Assembly (NCBI GenBank): GCA_015494585.1
Contig: WGAY01000064.1
Span: 16,976-80,975 of the forward strand
Direction: 5' to 3'
Source: Candidatus Omnitrophota bacterium
GTDB taxonomy: Bacteria; Omnitrophota; Gorgyraeia; S143-82
Length of the DNA: 64,000 bases
The translations under genes and the position numbers were made by a program. The notes under the pieces were generated by a model. It worked only from the letters and a program-made list of their open reading frames with translations. It ran no database searches and had not been told where the DNA came from. Position 1 is the first letter of the stretch, and each line of letters begins with the position of its first letter. Of this stretch, positions 61,351 to 64,000 are shown one piece after another.

Positions 61351-62817
61351 ATGGAGAAGTTTCTCGTGCTTGTATTCGTTTTACCGCTTATTGCGGGATT
61401 TGTTTCCTATATAGCTGGTTTAAAGGGGAATCACCTTTCTAAGATATTTACGGCCATTGTACTTTTGACCAATCTTGTCCTTAGTTATAAGATCTTCAAA
61501 TATGTAATGGCCTCTGCAGACAATCGCATCATTGCCGTGTTTTCAGGGTGGATGCCGCCCCTTGGTATAAACTTTTATGCAGATAGTATAGCGGTTATAT
61601 TCTTACTGTTTGCGAATCTATTGGCCTTTGCCTCATTATTCAGTGCAAAGCTCAGCTATTCGAATAGATTCCATGGCCTGATATTGCTCCTTACCGCGGC
61701 ATTAAATGGCCTGATATTAAGCGGCGATATATTCAATATATTCGTCTTTTTTGAGATACTCTGCCTTGTTTCGTTTGCCCTGGTTGCCTATTACAGGAAA
61801 GCGGAGTCCATAGAGGCCTCTGTAAAGTATTTCGTCCTGGGCAGCATTGCCTCAGCGATGCTCTTGATAGGGATTGCCCTTATATATGCTAAGACCGGCA
61901 CCCTCAATTTGGCCCAGATTGCAGATATGGCGCCTCAGTGGAGTGGATTGTTCAAGGCGGTTGTATTTGGGCTCCTACTGGTTGGTTTTGGGGTGGAGGC
62001 CGGCATCTTTCCGATGAATGCCTGGCTCTTCGATGCCCACCCAGCCGCCCCTTATCCGGTTTCTGCACTGCTTTCTGGGATTGTGATAGAGGTGGCACTC
62101 TATTTATTCTTGAGGATAAAATCTCTATTTTTTGTGGATCCTTTATTCAGTCTCGTTTTGTTACTCCTGGGTCTGGTTACCTTTGCTGTTTCAGAACTGG
62201 TGGGCTTTTATCAGAGGGATGTAAAGAGATTGCTTGCCTATTCATCGGCAGGCCAGATAGGGCTTATGCTTATGGCCTTTTCTCTGCCCACAAAGATAGG
62301 GATGTTTGCAGGGCTGTTGTTGTTTATAAATCACCTGTTGGCAAAGGGCCTTCTGTTTATATCGGTTGGCTCGATGTCTGATAGATCAGGGGACAGAGAT
62401 ATAGATAGGTTTTCAGAATCTGCCAGTTTTGTTGATAAGGTCGCAGTCCTGGCAGGGGGGCTTTCTCTCCTGGGCGTGCCACCCTCTATTGGATTTATGG
62501 GCAAGGTCCTCCTGTTCATTGCCCTGGTAAAGGCAGGATTCCTTGCCTTTGCTCTATGCCTTATTCCTTTCGTTGTACTGGAGGCCCTTTATGTGATGCG
62601 TCTAGTAGGCCGTACCCTTGCCTCCAGTGGAGATGGCCGTATAGAATGCCCTGGACAGGTCGTTGTGCAGTGGGTATTTACCTTTATCATAATTGTATTA
62701 CCCATTATCGTCAGCAGGATGTCTATTCAGACAGATAAGCTGAACCTAAATGGGTTTAATAAACAGGACTATCTCTATGGGATGGCTTCTCAGCTATTAA
62801 AAGGAGACAGGTTATGA
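61351..62817 (+). CDS. Proton/cation-translocating antiporter-like subunit (MrpD / NuoN-M family)
   Basis: 488 aa with about 14 TM helices; conserved NuoL/M/N-type core. Confidence 0.8.
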   Translation: MEKFLVLVFVLPLIAGFVSYIAGLKGNHLSKIFTAIVLLTNLVLSYKIFKYVMASADNRIIAVFSGWMPPLGINFYADSIAVIFLLFANLLAFASLFSAKLSYSNRFHGLILLLTAALNGLILSGDIFNIFVFFEILCLVSFALVAYYRKAESIEASVKYFVLGSIASAMLLIGIALIYAKTGTLNLAQIADMAPQWSGLFKAVVFGLLLVGFGVEAGIFPMNAWLFDAHPAAPYPVSALLSGIVIEVALYLFLRIKSLFFVDPLFSLVLLLLGLVTFAVSELVGFYQRDVKRLLAYSSAGQIGLMLMAFSLPTKIGMFAGLLLFINHLLAKGLLFISVGSMSDRSGDRDIDRFSESASFVDKVAVLAGGLSLLGVPPSIGFMGKVLLFIALVKAGFLAFALCLIPFVVLEALYVMRLVGRTLASSGDGRIECPGQVVVQWVFTFIIIVLPIIVSRMSIQTDKLNLNGFNKQDYLYGMASQLLKGDRL

Positions 62818-64000
62818 TGTTGCTCGATATGATAAAGGCAGACAACCTTGCTTTCTTCTTTTCTGTACTAACAATAGGATTCTTCGTTGCCAATACTATA
62901 TTTCTGATATTTTCAGGAATAAAGAAAGGAATTGTATTAAATACAATCCTTAGCCTATTTTTAACGATGGTCTTGCTGATGCTCTACGCCACACACAATA
63001 TCGTGATATTCTTCGCCCTCTGGGAGATGGCCACCTGGTTGACCTATCTTTTGGCAAACAACCCCAAAAAGTCCAGTAAATACCTTTGGGCATCGCTTCT
63101 GGCCGAGTTCTTTATGCTTATCGCAGTGGCAAGGACAGTGGCCTATGGTTCATATGACATTGCAATGGTAGCTCATGTGGATCCGCTGAATCTTATAATG
63201 TTCTGTCTGCCGTTTATCGTAAAAAGCGGGATACTTCCATTTAACTTCTGGGTGACAGACCTTTACACGGGTTCAGATAAAAGATTTGTTGCCTATTTAT
63301 CCGCTATTATCGGCAAACTGGGTATCTTTGGCATTTTGCGGGTATTCCTATTGAGCCCTGGCCTTATTCCTGAATGGTTTATCTATACATTTATTTATCT
63401 GGCCGGCATCACTGCTGTTTGGGCCACCTTTAAGGCCGTTGGGAGCGAGGATGCAATTGAGTCTCTTTCCTTTTCAAGTCTCTCTCAAGTTGCATTTATC
63501 TTCGCCTCTGTATTATTAATGAATAAATCCGCCCTGATAGGTGGGTTGGTCCATTATCTGAATCATATGTTGATAAAGATGGGGATGTTTATGGCAGTCG
63601 TATACATATGGGCCAAGACCGGTACTACTGAATTCAAACGCTTGGGAGACTTTGTGTCGAAGATGCCCTTTAGCTTTCTGTTCTTCCTTATGCTTGGAAT
63701 ATCCCTGGCAGGTGTTCCGCCCATGGGAGGTGTTATATCCAAGTGGTTTATGTACGAAGGATTCATCGAAGAGTCAAAGTTATTGGCGGTCTTGTTGTTC
63801 TTCGTGGCCGGGGTAGGCTCGTTCCTTTATGTCTATCGACTCCTTCATTCTATATTTTTGGGAAGAAAGAAGCCAAGTATAGGCCTGGTAAGTGAGATGA
63901 ATATACTGGCCATACTCCCCCTGGCGGCGAGCGCGCTTATCAGCTTCCTTATCGGGGTATATAGCAGGCCGTTTATCCGTTTTGCTGCAAAGGCCCTAGG
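62814..64000 (+). CDS. Second antiporter-like subunit (MrpD/MrpA / NuoL-M family), 3' end outside the window
   Basis: ATGATG start overlapping the previous stop. The frame is open to the window end with repeated TM helices; absent from the track because no stop lies within the window. Confidence 0.7.
   Translation, partial: MMLLDMIKADNLAFFFSVLTIGFFVANTIFLIFSGIKKGIVLNTILSLFLTMVLLMLYATHNIVIFFALWEMATWLTYLLANNPKKSSKYLWASLLAEFFMLIAVARTVAYGSYDIAMVAHVDPLNLIMFCLPFIVKSGILPFNFWVTDLYTGSDKRFVAYLSAIIGKLGIFGILRVFLLSPGLIPEWFIYTFIYLAGITAVWATFKAVGSEDAIESLSFSSLSQVAFIFASVLLMNKSALIGGLVHYLNHMLIKMGMFMAVVYIWAKTGTTEFKRLGDFVSKMPFSFLFFLMLGISLAGVPPMGGVISKWFMYEGFIEESKLLAVLLFFVAGVGSFLYVYRLLHSIFLGRKKPSIGLVSEMNILAILPLAASALISFLIGVYSRPFIRFAAKAL

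Noticed and set aside
61938-62381. 147-aa ORF in an alternative + frame
   Set aside because: Lies within the 488-aa MrpD-like gene. The translation is Cys/Gly/Trp-rich nonsense, unlike the TM-helix pattern of the main frame.
1-64000. Search for CRISPR arrays, IS elements, integrases and phage genes
   Set aside because: No spacer-interspersed direct repeats, terminal inverted repeats, transposase/integrase-like ORFs or tRNA-adjacent integration scars were seen. The tRNA-Thr/Trp locus is the conserved rpmG-secE-nusG context, not an island.

Overview
This 64 kb window is a chromosomal core segment of a low-GC (about 40%) diderm bacterium, probably from an uncultivated lineage. Every supported gene is on the + strand, many adjacent genes overlap by a few to about 30 nt, and I found no transposase, integrase, CRISPR array or obvious defence island. 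Contents, left to right: (1) a chemotaxis-type signalling cluster (cheR 3' fragment, cheY, cheA, a PilZ c-di-GMP-receptor gene, a CheC/FliN fusion, a second cheY and a coupled lipoprotein); (2) a tightly packed mixed biosynthetic and envelope operon (argD, argF, cdaA, lipA, orphan pilM, folE, cvpA, ccdA, tlpA-like, cimA/leuA); (3) tRNA-Thr, rpmG, tRNA-Trp, secE, nusG, rplKAJL, rpoBC and the str, S10, spc and alpha ribosomal operons, unbroken through rpmE (about 30 kb) and lacking rpmD (L30); (4) dapL, a fused lptC/lptA gene, lptB, a Memo-like gene, a coiled-coil membrane protein, aroA, mreB, a cysK-like gene inserted before mreC, mreD-like and PBP2; (5) nif3-like, rmlD-like, mutM and an N-terminally extended thiE; (6) the start of an Mrp/Mbh-type multisubunit cation:proton antiporter-like module (E-F-G-B'-B-C-D-D') behind a near-consensus promoter, running off the window end. 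Most worth follow-up: the PilZ gene translationally coupled to cheA, the Mbh/Mbx-like order of the Mrp module, the cysK-like gene plus a repeat-rich spacer inside the mre operon, a Cys4 insertion in EF-Tu, a very stable hairpin between rpsJ and rplC, and a perfect 17-bp tandem repeat upstream of the nif3-like gene. Calls rest on recognising translated motifs by eye; no database search was possible.
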